Shown here: piece after piece, positions 15,876-32,049 of the stretch
Layout: each line of letters starts with the position of its first letter
Position numbering within the stretch: position 1 is the stretch's first letter
Assembly: GCF_009914755.1 (NCBI RefSeq)
Contig: NC_060931.1
Length of the DNA stretch: 64,000 nt
Source of the DNA: the human T2T-CHM13v2.0 reference genome, Homo sapiens
Strand: one strand, 5' to 3'
Notes under the pieces: model-generated
Told to the model about the DNA's origin: nothing
Database searches by the model: none
Seen by the model: the letters and a program-made list of their open reading frames with translations, nothing else
Made by a program: the position numbers and the translations under genes

Positions 15876-16659
15876 TGAGATTCCGGCATGGTCCCAAAGT
15901 GCCTTGCCACTAAAGTGTGAGATATAGTCAGACAACAGGTACTCAGGGAACCAGGCACACGTCACTGAAAGCATCACATGCAAAAAAGGCAATGGTGGCC
16001 CTGACACTTTAGAGCCCCATTCCTCCTTCCTGGCAATCAGCCAGTGTTGGCCTGCACTGGAGCTGCCAAGTAAAGGAAGCTCAGGCCTCCAAAGGTGAAC
16101 ATCTCCACAGTACATGCGCACTGTTGGCCAAAGAGGAGCATGGCAGGTCTGTAGCTTCCACTGTAAAAAGAAAATATTTAGTGGCAATATGTCTTTTAAA
16201 AGACAAAACTTATGAGACGCAATCGGTGGCCAGGCCTCTCTTCCATCAGAGCTCCAGTTAGTGCAGTTTGCCTCATGATCCGTGCTTGGAATTTTTTAAA
16301 AACAATAAAGCTCACATCTCTCAAATAACTCAAAAGCTGATTGTTAAAGTAACACATCCTTATTGTAGAAAAGAACAAACAAAACCCAAAATATCACAAC
16401 CCAAAAAAGCCTCCCTGTTAACATTTGGTGTACTTTTCCTTTGCTTTTCCCACGTGGGTAGACATGCATGGCAGCACAGAGATACACCCGCAGTACTCAG
16501 ATGGGGGTCATAAATGTAGGCTTGTGCATTATTCTTCATTTAATATTCTCTTATGAATTTTCCTCATGTCCTTCAAAAGAATACTTTTAATAGCTGAATA
16601 ATATTCCATTACATTTGATTGAATGTCCAGTTCCCTTCTGGGGTTTGAAGTGGCACGGA

Positions 16660-16900
16660 TCATGAAAAGCACTGAGGAATAGAAAGGGCATGGACAGACC
16701 AAGACACCTTCCCAGAGCTGCCTGTTACTGGCTGTGTGACCTTGGCCAACTAAAATCTCTTTGTCTCAATTTCCAAACCTACAAAATGAGAAAAATAGCG
16801 CCTACCTTATATAGTCGTTGGGAGGATGAATTGACATGTGCTATGCAAATTGCTCAACACATGCCTGCACTTAGTAAATGCATAATCAGTGTTAATTCCT
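16660..16900 (+). mobile_element. MIR
   Basis: tactggctgtgtgaccttggccaac...tacaaaatgagaaaaatagcgcctaccttatatagtcgttgggaggatgaa. Confidence 0.7.
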
Positions 16901-17349
16901 ATTTATCTTCCCCTTTCCCAGGCTTTTCAAATCCTTTGCCATCAGCCAAATCTCAGGCACCTGCAACATTTTTCTGGGTTGGCTAACACCCTCTAGGGTA
17001 CCCATGTGTTTTAAAGCTCCCATCTTCTAATTGTTTTGTAGTAACCCTCTGGTGGAACATTCTTGCCAAGCAACCCCAAATTCCTGCACTTTGCACTCTG
17101 CACAGCTCTCAGTGATGTGTGATATAGGGAAGGAGAAATGGAAGCTTCTTTGGGGTGGGGTAGCAGATTGTACCAACCTAGTTTGTCTTCATCAGTAAAG
17201 ACAGCCAGAGGACAGAGAACCAGACTCCAAGCTGGGTCTACCTAAGCACACCTGGTTGGCTGAGCTGCAGTTTCCTTTCATCCTTCCCTTCTGCATTTTC
17301 TGCTGTTGGCTTAGCAGCGAGAAAGGGGCCATTCTTGTGAGTTTTGGGT

Positions 17350-17396
17350 TTGCGACTCTGCCTCTTGGTCTTGCGACTCTGCCTCTTGGTCTTGCG
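17350..17396. repeat. Perfect 21-bp tandem duplication
   Basis: ttgcgactctgcctcttggtc x2 plus ttgcg. Confidence 0.95.
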
Positions 17397-19725
17397 TTTT
17401 ACCCCCTTCTTTCTTCCCTCCAGGCACTTGTGTTACCAGCTGACCTAGCTTTCTTCAGGCGAGTACAAATTTTGCAATTTTTCTTTCATTGTTTTGACAA
17501 TGGATTTGATTTGTATATGTCAGCCTCATATAATATCCCTATTTAGAGCAATTCTCTGATCCGGAGGTAGGACTGAGGAGGAGGAAGTGTCAAGCCTGTC
17601 TTCTGACCCAGAAACCACTTCTTGTTTCCACAGAAACTACCTTCCCCCCCTATCTCTTCCTGACTTGGGGGAGGGACAGTGCAGAAATGTCTGTTGGGTT
17701 CCTAATCTGTGGGCTATCATATGTGCTCATTAAACTTTATTGCTGTGTGTCATCTGGAATCTGGCCCCATGTTGATGTTTTCATTGTAGACAATAAAAAC
17801 TATGTTGAATTATTAAGTGATAGTTAATGCTGGCTTTAAAAAATGAGATTGGAGAAGAGAAAAATTGACTTTAAGTTGCAAATATATTTAAGTCACTGAA
17901 GTGGATCCACTCTCCTCACCCTACACTATGCCACGGTGCATACAGTTTTAGCAATTGTTGCAGAGTGGAATGGTGATCTCACTTAGCAAATAAATATTTA
18001 GTGAGCACCTGCTTATGTCAGGCAGTGCTCTGGAGACTAGAAAGACAAAACAAACCAAACATGAATGCAACCCTCAACAAGCTTAAATTTATTGGTGAGA
18101 GGGAGACATAAATAATTATAAAAAGATGTGGTAGTGATATCAACCAACTGCTCCAGGAACCCCAAGGACTGGATGTGAGTGTCTACTAAAGTACCATGGA
18201 AGTTTCCCAGAGACATTTACTTTTTAGGGAACTCTGCAAGGATGATGAGAAACTTGACAGATGGAGCCAGTGGGGACCCATGTTGGCAGAGAGCACAGTG
18301 TCATCATGGAAAGAGGAAGGGGAATGGCAGCTTGTTGTGACTAAAGCATGGGGGGCTTAGAGAAAGATGGTGATGCAGGGAGAGGCAGAGGACAGTTCTG
18401 AAGGGCCTTTTAGGGATCAAAGCTCCAACTCATGTACTTTTTCATGGAAACATAAAAACTATCTTATTTTGACATAAGAATAATTATTAAGTATAACTAC
18501 ATTATGTAGTTATATAGAGAGAAAACCCTAAACACTCCATTAAAAAGCTATATTTATTATAACTAATAAACTAATACTACATTTATTATAACTAATAAAT
18601 TAAAGTTGCAATTTACAAAATCAACATACAAAAACCAGTAGCATTTCTATACACTAATAGGAAACTATTTGAAAAAGAAATCAAGTACAGTATAGTAGCT
18701 ACAAAAAATTTAAACACTTAGGAGTAAATTTACCCAAATGGGGTGAAAGATCTCTGCAATGAAAACTATAAAACACTGATGAAAGAAATTGAAGAAGACA
18801 CTAATAACGGAAAGATATTCCATGTTCATGGATTGGAATAATTTATATTGTTAAAATGTTCATACCTACCCAAAGCAATCTAGAATTCAGTGCAATCCCC
18901 TATCAAAATACCAAAGACATTCTTCACAGAAATACAAAAAGCAATTCTAAAATTTGTATGGAATGACAGAAGACCCCAAATAGTCAAAACAATCCTGAGC
19001 AAATAGAAGCAAGCTGGAGATGTCATACTTCCTGAATTCAAAATATACTGCAAAACTATAGTAATCAAAACAGCATGGTACTGGCATAAAAACAGACCAA
19101 TGGAACAGAATAGAGAGCCCAGAAATAAAGCCACATGTTTACAGCCAACTGATTTTCAACAAAGGTGTCAAGAACACACAATAGGGAAATGACAGTCTCT
19201 TCAGTAAATGGTGTTGGGAAAACTGAATATCTACATGCAGCAGAATTCAATTAGAACCTTATCTCTCACCGTATTCAAAAATTAACTCAAAATGGATTAA
19301 AGACTTAAACATAGGCCTTGAAACTATGAAACTACTGGAGGAAAACAGGGGAAATGTTTCATGACATTGGTCTGGGCAAGGATTTTTTTTTATATGAGAC
19401 CTCAAAAGCACAGGCAACAAAAACAAAAATCAACGAATGGGATCAAACTAAAAAGCTTCTGTACAGTAAAGGAAACCATCAACAGAGTGAAGTAACAATC
19501 TACAGAATAGGAGAAAATAGCTACAAACTATACATCTGACAAGGGATTAATATCCAAAATATATAAGAAACTAAACAACCCAATAATAAAACAAACAAAT
19601 AATTCAGTTTAAAAATGGGCAAAAGCTTTGAATAGACATTTCTCAAAAGAAGACATACAGATGGCCAACAGGTATATACAAAAATGCTCAATATCACTAA
19701 TCGTCAGGGAAATGCAAATTAAAAC

Positions 19726-20692
<967 letters not shown>

Positions 20693-21041
20693 AAACCACA
20701 ATGATATACCATCTCACCTCAGTTAGAATGGCTACTATAACAAAGACAAAGGATAACAAGTACTGAAAATGGAGAAAGGGAACCCTTATACACTCTTGGT
20801 GGGAATGAAATTAGTACAGCCATTATGGAAAACCATATGGAGATTCCTCAAAAAACTAAAAATAGAACTGCCATACAATCCAGCAATTCCACTACTGACT
20901 ATATACCCAAAGAAATTGAAATCAGTATGTTAACGAGATATCTGCACTTTCATGCTCATTTAGATTATTCACAATAGCTAAGACGTGGAATCATATCACC
21001 TGAGTGTCAACCAATGGATGAATGGATAAAGAAAATGTAAT

Positions 21042-21069
21042 ACACACACACACACACACACACACACAC
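21042..21069. repeat. (CA)n microsatellite within L1
   Basis: Directly visible. Confidence 0.9.
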
Positions 21070-22099
21070 TCATACAATAGAATATTATTCAGCCATAAAA
21101 AAGAATGAAATCCTGCCATTTGCAACAACATAGATGAACCTGGAGGACACTATGCTAAGTCAGGCACAGAAACACAAGTACTGCATGATCTCACTCATAT
21201 GTGGAATCTAAAAAGTTGATCACATAGAAGTAGAGAATAGAACAGTGGTTACCAGAGGCTGGTGTGGTTAGAGGTTAGGAGGGTATGGGGAGATATTGGT
21301 CAAAGGATACATAATTACAGTTAGATAGGAGAAGTAAATTTCAAGAGATCTATTGTACAGTAAGGTGACTATTGTTAATGGTGATATATTATATCCTTGA
21401 AAAATACATAAAGAGTAGCTGTTACGTGCTCCTCCCACAAAAGTGATAACTGTGTGAGTTCATTTGTTGATGAGCTAGATTTAACCTTTGCATTTTGTAT
21501 ATGTACTTCAAAACATCATGTTGTACATGATAAAAACATAAAATGTTATCTGTCAATTAAAAAAGTGAAAAATATATAATTACATTATGATGCGGAACCA
21601 ACTTACACCCTAGAAGAAAGTCATAGGCAAAACCTCCCATTATGGAATTCGCTGTTTTAGTTCTTCTTAACTAAATCATTGATGCTTTCCCAGCAGAGTC
21701 TCAGTCCTGCCCCATGTCTTTTCCTTCCAGATCAGTGCAGTGCTTACTGCCAGAGCCCAGGGTTCAAACAGCCTCTATAGCCACAGGTGCCTCTGCTATT
21801 AGCTGCTTTAGCCTCCAGCTGTTTTGGTCCTCGGAGGATAGGCAGCACCAGCTCCCTGGGGTGGATGCAACTCAGTATCAATAAATTAAGAAGTAATGCC
21901 TTCACCTTGGCCTCTCCAGGTACCTGAAAAGCATAAGGACAGCTTCCAGAACTCTGCTTTCTCTGGGTCCCAAATCCTTAATCAGGGGCATATCCCAACA
22001 TGTTACTCAGCACCTTATGTGCTCATGTATGGCAAATTCGGGGGATGTAGCAGTACATGAAAAAATGAGAATTGCTTTAATTTAGGTGACTTCTATTTC

Positions 22100-22310
22100 T
22101 ATTTACACTTATATAGCTCTAGCATTGCGCCAGGTACTATTATAAGCAGTTTACACATATTTACTTATTTAATCCTCTTAACAGCTCTTTGAAGTAGGTA
22201 TTGTCATAACCTTCATTTACACATGTGGAAACAGACCCAGAGACGGGGACTAATTGGCTTGAGTTCCCAGCACCCTGGCTGCGGAAGAGCCAGGATTTGA
22301 ATGGGAACAG
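22100..22310 (-). mobile_element. MIR
   Basis: gccaggtactattataagcagtttacacatatttacttatttaatcctcttaacagctctttgaagtaggtatt...ggaaacagacccagaga. Confidence 0.75.
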
Positions 22311-23875
22311 CCTGATTTCTCCTGTTCCTGCCAGTTGCATCTCTATATGGCTTCCCAGAATTAAAACCCCCACTTCCTTCAGAGGTGGTTGCTGTGCAGT
22401 GATTGGGCCCTGGAATCTTCCCTATCCTTTGAAGTAGCTTGTCCTGGTTGATCCCGTGGCTAGCAGGTTCATTGCAGATTCTCTCTCTCTCTCTTTCCAC
22501 CTCTTACTTCCCAGACCGACTGATCCTTTAGGACAAAAACACTTGAGTTCTGCCCTCACCACTTTGCTGTGCCCTTCAATTCCCGTGACCTTGATTTTTA
22601 AGGGCTTGATTAATTCGTGAATGAATGTCCGGCTCTCAGGGCAGCTAACACCCTCCTGCTTTGTAACCCAGGCCGCGTGCTCCTATCATGCAGAAGGGAG
22701 AATTTCCAGCAGACCTCCCCAGGAGGTGCCCATGTGGCCGTCAGAGGACCATGGCTCTGCTGGCCTCCAGCTGCAGTGCAGCACTACAGGCACTAGCTGC
22801 TGGGGCCATGAATCCAGCGGTATTGATGTGCTTCTTTCTCTAGCCCCAGTAATTACCATCGCAACAAGGTCTAACGCATACTTACCCTCACCATTTCTGT
22901 TTTTTTTTTTTCCATGAAAAAAAAATCCCAGTCATCATCATTATTTGTGCAAGGTCTTTAAAGAGCAAATAGAAAGACATTCAGCCCATATATTTTCTTT
23001 CTCTAAGTGGTGTTTATTTAAATGCAGATATCCTGGTTTCCTGTGTAGAGTTGCAAGCAATACCTATCCATTTAAATGTTAATAGGAGTGTAAACTTCAA
23101 AATCAAAATTTTTCCATGAGGGAGAACAGCTTTTTCTGGTTCTATTTAATGGTTCTCCTCGCCTTTCCTCCTCCACCTTCCCTCATTATCAACCTCCCTC
23201 TGCCCACTCCTTTCCACCACCCTGAACTCAATTCAACAAAGCATAAACGCACCTTTCTCATTTCAAAAATTAGAATGTTAAACATTAGGGTCATGGAATA
23301 CAGATAATGGACTCAAGCCTGACATGATTCGTGAGGAGATTTTTCTCTATCTTGGCCTTTGCCTGCAGAGTCAAACTCACCATTCTGGGCTCTTTCCAGG
23401 GGGATTATTCTTAGGCCAGTCCCACATCATATTTTTCCAAGGCCTCAGAGTTAGGGTTTCCTCCTTGTTCTTTTCTTTTTCTTTTCTAAAAAGGCAGGAA
23501 GAGATGGGGAAAGAAATACAAGCTATATATATGTTCCTGAGTACAAAATACTGCTGTGGGCACAGTTAGCAATCACAAAGAAATAAAAAGGCAGTTTCTT
23601 ACCTCTAAAGACAGGAGATTGACACATAGGTTAACGAGGATGGGCAGGAATACATGCACAGGCCTTTCCTTGGGCAGAGAAGCAATCAGGACTTACTCAA
23701 GTGCAAATAAAAAGCAACAAAGATTTTTTAAACAATGGAAATAATGTCTAATGCCTTTAAGTGCAAATATGGGATAGAATAACCTTTCTGAGGACCTTAT
23801 GGGCCAAGTTTTGTGTGTGAATGTGATATCTGGCCTCATCTTCCTTTTCTTTCTTTTTCTCTCCTTCACTGCATC

Positions 23876-24232
<357 letters not shown>

Positions 24233-26213
24233 TAAGTCTTTTTTGGAACATGGCAGGACTATTAATATATAAGTTAGAATTGAGTATATAAGTTTCATAG
24301 ATTTTGGTCCCATTATTTTATTTCAGGTATTCTTTTTGTTCCCCACCTAGTTCTTTTTTAATAGTATTCTGTTTTTGTTTCACAGAGGCAATATCTTTCT
24401 TCTCTTGTCTCTCTGCAGATATCAAAAATAATTTTGAAAATTTTTTTCTTCTCCCTGTAACTTGTTTCTGCACACTGTTTTTCTCCCCATTCATGGGCTT
24501 TTCTCAGATATATGAAGATGGTTACTTGTCTGCTCATGTTGAAAAATGCCTGCGGGCACTGAGTGAACCCCAGTTCAACTGGGGCTTCATTGTAGAGGGG
24601 TCTGAGGGGCGGATTCTGGGGCACTGCTAGTGTCTGTAGGTCTTTCCTCTGTGCTGGTCATCCCCAGAAAGTCTTCTCCCAGTCTCTAGGCTGGAGGGCA
24701 AAGCCCTGGCAGCAGGTCTGAGAGCCAAGTAGAAGAGAGCTGGGATCAATGCTAAAACTCAACATCCATATGCACACAGTCCGTAACTCCATCAGGGTGC
24801 TGTAGTGAACTTCAGTACAATACCCTGACCCTCAACTGTGCTGGCTGACCCTCACCTGTTGATCTCCAAACCTAAGGACTGTGTTTTACGACCCCCTCGT
24901 ACCCTGATCCCAGGAGTCAAGGGAGAGAGGAATCCCTCAGTGATATGCAGTGGCCAAGGTGATGTAGGAATCTAGATCCATCTTAAATAACTTCCACCAA
25001 ATCCCTGTTTTATTTCCCTTTCTTCTGCTTAACAACCAGATCCAAATGGACCTGCTGGTGCCAGTTCATGAGCCTTTTGGGGATTCCACAAGTTGGTTTT
25101 CAGCTTCTCTGATACTGACTTTAGATTTGACTCTTTAGGTCCAATTTTGACTCTTTAGGACAGCATCCGTCAGCCCTGCAGACTTTTGTTGTTGTCATCC
25201 CTGTCTCCTTTTCTATTTTCCCCATCCTTGAAGACTTCCGTCTTTCTAAGAAATCTCTTAACTGTAGTCTGGCTTGGTTTAGGAGGAGGAAATGCTAGAC
25301 ACATTTTTTTCAATCGGCCGTTATAACCCAGAAATCTTTAATTGCATTATTTTCTCATGTAACTCAAGAATGCAGCTCACTCTTCTTGTAGTACACTGGT
25401 TTTGAGATTATTTGTCAATAAATTATGTAATTTCTTTGGATATTGCTCTCCTCATCTGTAAAACTGGAACATTTCTTGTCCTATCTACCTTATAAGTTGT
25501 TGTTGCAGCTTCCCTGAGTTACCACATAGGTCTAAGGACAAAGTAACCAGCTGTTCATGCACGGCTCTGGCAAAATAAGGTTTTCAGGGTGATGTGAAAA
25601 TCTTTCCAGGTCAGTGGAAATACACAGGCCTGGCCTCTGATTTTCATTCTTGTTTCTAGATCAACAGCTTAGCACAACCCTCAGCTTCTGCTGACAAAGC
25701 CCTTTGGGAGGAGGCAAAGAGTACCTCATCTGTGTTAGAGGACAACAGCCCCTCCCCGACCTGGAACACAGACTTTTGGAAGAGGAATTATTGTCTTCAT
25801 TTTGCTGCTGTTCTGCCTTTTCCTCTGTTTTCTTCTAAGTAAAACACTTTGTTCTCATTCTCCAACAACTCTCACCTTCCCTCTTTTTCTAATTTGCATT
25901 TCCATTTTGTTTTTCTGCCCAGCCCACTTTCCCATCCGTGGCCAAGGTGGACACCTCTTATTGACCCATTGTCCACTTAATTCCCCCAGGCAGAACCTTT
26001 GCTCCCTGGCGTCTGCAGAGCCTGGGGAACAGTACAGGCCTTCCAATGAGCAAAGCCAGGTGACAGCTGGGCCTCCAGCAAGGTGGGACTCTGCAAAGTT
26101 GTCCTGTCTAGTGCTGCTGAATGGGATAGGATTTCTCCTAGAAAGAAACCTCCACACATCGAAAAGAGAAGGGTGCAGAAGATGAATGTGCTGACCGTTT
26201 ATACCTCCTGTTT

Positions 26214-27001
26214 GTTTATTTTTATCAGTTTCAGATATTTGTACATTTTTGGGATACGTGTGATATTCTGATAAATGCATAGAATGTATAATGATCAAGT
26301 CGGGATATTGAGAATATCCATCACCTTGAGCATTTATCATTTCTTGGTGATGGAAACATTCCAAACCCTCTTTTCCAGCTATTTTGAAGTACACAATACA
26401 TTTTTGCTAACTGTAGTTACCCTACTCTGCTATCAAACATTAGAACTTATTTCTTCTAACTGTATGTTTGTGCCCATTAACCAATCTTTCTTCATCCACA
26501 CCCGTCCCAGCCTCTGGTAACCGTTACTGTACTTTGATTAGATCAACATTTTTAGGTCTCACATATGAGTGAGAACATGCAATATTTGTCTTTCTGTGGC
26601 CTGGCTTATTTCACTTGACATAATGACCTCCAGTTCCATCCAGGTTGCTGCAAATGACAACATTTCATCCCTTTCATGGCAGAATAGTATTCCATTGTGT
26701 ATATGTAACACATTTTCTTTATTCATTCATTGAAAGACACTTCTCATGATTTTGGTATAAAAACACATGAATCAATGAAACAGAATAGAGAACCCAGAAA
26801 TCCACATATTTATAGCCAACTGATTTTCAACAAAGGCAGCAACATACACTGGGGGAAGGACATCCTCTTCAGTAAATGGTGCTCCGGTAAATGGAAAGAC
26901 TGGATACTCATATGCAGAGGAATGAAACTAGGCCCCTGTCTCTCACCAAGTAAAAAAATAAACTCAAAATGGATTAAATACTTAAACGCAAAATCCAAAA
27001 C
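26214..27001 (-). mobile_element. L1MA-type LINE-1 with 5' inversion (3' end on - strand 26214-~26732; inverted ORF2 piece on + strand ~26750-27001)
   Basis: Antisense L1 3' UTR abuts sense ORF2 sequence; flanks tatacctcctgttt (26200-26213) and tatacatcctgttt (27002-27015). Confidence 0.85.
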
Positions 27002-29303
27002 TATACATCCTGTTTAAGGAAGTATAAGCCCCTTACAGGGAAACCTTCTTTTCATTGAAAATAAGCTGTTCTCTCTTTTCCTCTTCCCACCACCTTTTGG
27101 CCCTTGAAGATGATGGGGAGTAGAAGCATTGGTAGTAGAGTATCCCATTTCCAGGAGATGATCCAGATGGGATCACATGTCAAGTGGGGACCATTGTCTA
27201 CTGAGAAGGCAGCTCAGGCCTCGGTCACTCCAGAGTCTCTTGTGGTGGTGGGGAAAGCAGGGACTAAGGTATAGGGCTGGTGGCCATGGAGACAGCATTT
27301 GGGGAGATGGAGGGAGAGGACGGCACAGATGATTCAATAAGAAGGGGCAGGAGTGCACCTTCCCTTCTCTGACTGGCTGTGGCTGCCCACGCAGGCCGCT
27401 GGCCTCACAAGCTCCTATTGTGATCAAACGATGGTTTCAGCAGTTCCATCTGACACATATGGTAATATGAGCAGGGGGTGCAGTGCTGCATGATAATCAG
27501 GCACCCTGGGCAGTTCCCATAAGTGACTGTAAGCATCACTTCTACCTGGCTGGGACAGGCATCCCGGGTCAGCCAGGGCAGACAAGGGCGGCCCTAGTAG
27601 AGCAGGAACCTGCCCTGTGGCTCTCAAAGATCTCTGCCTCTGTGACTGGAGCCCTGTCCTCCTTCCTCTGTAGGCCCCTCCTCACCAGAAGGAAGGGTCT
27701 GCTGCTGTTCCCCTCCTGTGCCCCGTCTCTCCCCACTCCCCGGCCAACTTCCTCCCTGGCCGGGGGCTGTCAGTGTCTGATGGTCAATGTCAGGACAAGA
27801 AGGGTGGTCTGGATCCCTCTACAGAGGGGTCTTAAGCCAAACTGCACCATATGTCTTTTTGTTTGCTCTGCTGGGGTTCCCCATGGGGTGGCTGGAGTGA
27901 GAGAGAGGAATGGAGGGGATGGGACCTGGACACCTTTTGAGGTATGTGGTCTCTGAGGTATTCTCCAAAGAGACCTGTGGGGTGTTTGTTTCTCAGGGTT
28001 GAGAAAAGATTGTCCAGGCAGGCTGCAGCAGCTGGTGTGCTTGCACGGGGTGTGGATGTGGTTTGCTTCAGGCACTTCCCTTTGACAGAGAGGGACGCCC
28101 AAGGATCCTCCAGGCTGTTCTGCAACCCCCTGGGAAGCACAGACCCTGGGGCAGAGGCAGGATAAATAGCTTTGCTCCTGTGTGGAGCCCCACTGGCAGG
28201 CTTAGGGCACAGGCTCAGATGTGGATGGGTGGAGAGAGGGCCCAGGGAGCTGTGGTGGGTGTTGGTGAAGGGTAGAGGGGTGGGTGGCATGAGCAGAGGG
28301 TCAGAAGGTTGAGCTCTAGAGAAGGGGTGATGGATGAGGAAAGTGTGCCCGGAGCTGGTGGGGGCTGGGGTGCGGTGGGCACGTGGAAGGGTAGGGGGCT
28401 TGAGAGCAGCTCTGGCTGCCTCTGCGTGCAGGAGGGCAGGGGTGGGAGCTGGGGAGGAAGCCAAGCCAGATGCTGAGTGGCCAACTGAGCCATGGCAACA
28501 GCTCTGCCCTCTCCCTTCTGCTAAAAATACTGCCTTTCCAGACAACCCTCTTCCTCCTGGAGCTGATGGGTTAGCCAGGCGTGGAACAGAGAAGGGCCTG
28601 ACTCAGAAAGCGGGGCTGACCCGGGGGTGGAGGAGATGGAGTAAGTGCAAGAAAGGGGTCTGCTCTGGAGCTTAGAGGAGAGCAGGAAGTGTGGCTCTCC
28701 TCCTGCAGCCCTGCATGCAGGGAAAGCTAAGCCCAGGAGCCAGCTTAGAGTTGAAGGAACAGAACACCAGACCCCCCATGCTGTTAGCTTTCCCTCACCT
28801 GCAACCTCCTAGTGAGACCAGGAGAGCCTGGCAGGTGCAGCCTGACTACCCAGATCCAGCAGCCCATTTCTGTGGTTCTCAGCTCCTTGGAGAGGCTGAG
28901 TGATGCTGTGTTTGGAAGCTGGGAGTGCTGGACAGGTCTGGGTTCCAGTCTCTGTTCTACCGCTTACTAGCAGTGTGCCTTTCAGCAAATAGGAATAAAG
29001 ATAGTACCTGTCTCAGAAGGTTGAGATAGATATATAGCTAGGCAGCGCTATGCCTGGCACAAAGGAGGCATAGAAGAAATGGCCACGATATTGTGATGAT
29101 CTGTCCCTGTGCTTAGGATCTAAACTGCTGTGGCCTGTTTGTGCACACAAGGATAGAGTCACCACAGGGGATCCTCCCTCTGCAAAGATTGTGTGCTCCT
29201 ATCTGAGAAGGGCAGGTTGCCTTCCTGCTCCTGGAGGGCCACTCCCTCTCTGCACCCACCCCAGGGCTGGGGTATACCCTGGCCCTCAGTCCCAGGCTCT
29301 GCT

Positions 29304-29566
<263 letters not shown>

Positions 29567-30315
29567 TGACGTGACTGGGGTTCTCATTCACTCATCCATT
29601 GGTTCACAAGCACTTCTTGAGTTGCTTTTAGCTCCTCACCACTGCACCAGCTGTTGGGGATACAAAGGAAAATAAGACACGGTCCTCACCTTTCGCTCAG
29701 AGCTGACTGCCTGTGTGGAAGAAAGACACTTACGGAGATGATCATGAGACGGGTGGTTACGGCAGATGGAGATATCAGACCTGGAACAAGCATGAGCCCA
29801 GGAAGTACTTGGGCATTTCATTATATGCAGGCCCTGGGCATTAGTGTGGGAAGCTGGAAGCAGGTGCTATCTGGGCACTTTCCGTCCAAAAGTCTATCTT
29901 CACCTCTGACTTATGGATCCTGAAGCTGCCCCCGTTTCAAGTAAGGCGGGGGTGGGGCAGGACTAGACCCTCTCTTATATCTGTCTCTCTTACTCTATTA
30001 TTTTACCGTCATGTGCATAGGACCACTCCAGTGTCCCTCTAAAGGGATTCTACATAAGGAGAACTGCACAACTATGTGGGAATAGGGGTCCAGTCCATGG
30101 GAAGTAACAGTGAGTCCACTCCTCTTGTGCCTCTTCTTTCCCTGTAAGAGCTAAACTGTGCTTTTTGGTCTCCTGGTTTGAGTTTCAGTCCCAAGCTGAA
30201 GTTGACCACTGGGTATGTCCATCACCATCTACCCCTCAGACAAAGGTAGATGGGTGGATTGTGTGGGGCTCAGTAGAGGGGGATTGGGGCCTGGACAGAG
30301 GGAATTAGAAATATT

Positions 30316-30691
<376 letters not shown>

Positions 30692-32049
30692 TTAGAAACA
30701 AATGTCAGTTAGAATTTAGGCACCTGTAGCAAACACCCAACTCAGGTCCCTTCTGTGAGCCACCAGGCTCTGGGTTTCTGAACAGGGGCAGAGGGTGAAG
30801 GAGAGAGCCATGCTGGCTCTTTGTCTGCAGGTCAAGCTGGGGACAGGAGGAGTTCATTGCTCTAGGTGTATGGAGTGATCTTGGGGGTTAGTGAGCTGTG
30901 GGATTTGGCTTGAGTTCTGAATTTATTGAAGGTCTACCCTTATTCCCTTGAAACAGAGCCATTCTGTGCCAAAGACAGGCAGGGTCTTTCCAAGGAAAAA
31001 TCACTCAGGGCTAAAAAAACCGTCTGCTGTTAGAGTCAGGATGCCCCATGCCAGAGCTGCCTCCTCAGTGAGCCCCACACCTGTGGTTATGGCAGAGGCT
31101 GGGGGAGTGAGGGGGACGTGATGGCTCTGTCTAGTAGTTTCCACACTCCTCCTTCTGGTCTCCCACAGAGACAGAGGCTGACAAAACCAGGCATGCTTCC
31201 CTGCTCTGTGCCTCAGCATACCCTTCAGTGAAACAAGGAGTCAAACTAGCTTGATGATTTCCACACTATATTTTAGCAATGGAAGCTTTTTTGGTTTTCC
31301 TTTTGCAATCCAAATCTTATGTAGCCCCCCAAAATATAAAAAGATAAAAGTGGAGCAGCTCTGTTTGTAGTGAGTGTTCTCTCTAAGACTCTTTTGGATA
31401 TATAAAGGCAGGCTCTGGTAAAACAAGGCTTTCCTAAGGCTCTAGAGAGGTCTCCCAGGAATCCAAGAAAAGCTGAGCAAACGGGCCTCGGGCAGATAAG
31501 GAATCCAGTGAGCCCTGGGGGCCAGCTTCTTTCATCTCCACTTCTTTGATGGCATTTGAGGCTCCTTCATGGTTTTTCATTCTCCCCTCTCTTCATGCCA
31601 GGCACAAGGTTCAGATCCTGCCCAGGTGCTACATCTCCAGGACTCTTCAACTCTTTGACAACTTCCCTCTGGCCTGTTGAAGCCAGCTTCCAGAGAAAGA
31701 GATTGTGTAATTCACTGGCTTATCTTTTCCAGACAGGGAACACATCACTGGTCAAACAATAAAGGGACAGAATTTGGTGACAGTGGTTGACCAACAGATG
31801 TGACTGTGGTAGGGTCATTGGGCTATATCCCACTTAACTGAGACCTTGGTGAGCACCCTCCCAGGATGGAGTGTGGGGGCAGTGAGGGATATGATTGTGC
31901 CTGGAGCCCTGCCCTTGGACCGTGCTGAGGCACCTCCCAAAAGCACAGGGCTCTGGGGAAGACCTCTGAATGCCCCTGGGCTCAATTAGGAGTCAGAGGC
32001 CCCTTTCTATAGGGTGAATGAGTGAGAGCCTTGCTTACCTTTGTCCAGG

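Noticed and set aside
18880-19539. ORFs within the L1
   Set aside because: Fragments of a degenerate, 5'-truncated ORF2 or its antisense; not an active element.
27483-28675. Long overlapping ORFs (237 aa on -, 157 aa and 113 aa on +)
   Set aside because: Low-complexity Pro/Ser/Ala or Gly/Arg content expected from GC-rich, G-skewed DNA; no recognisable domain or splice context.
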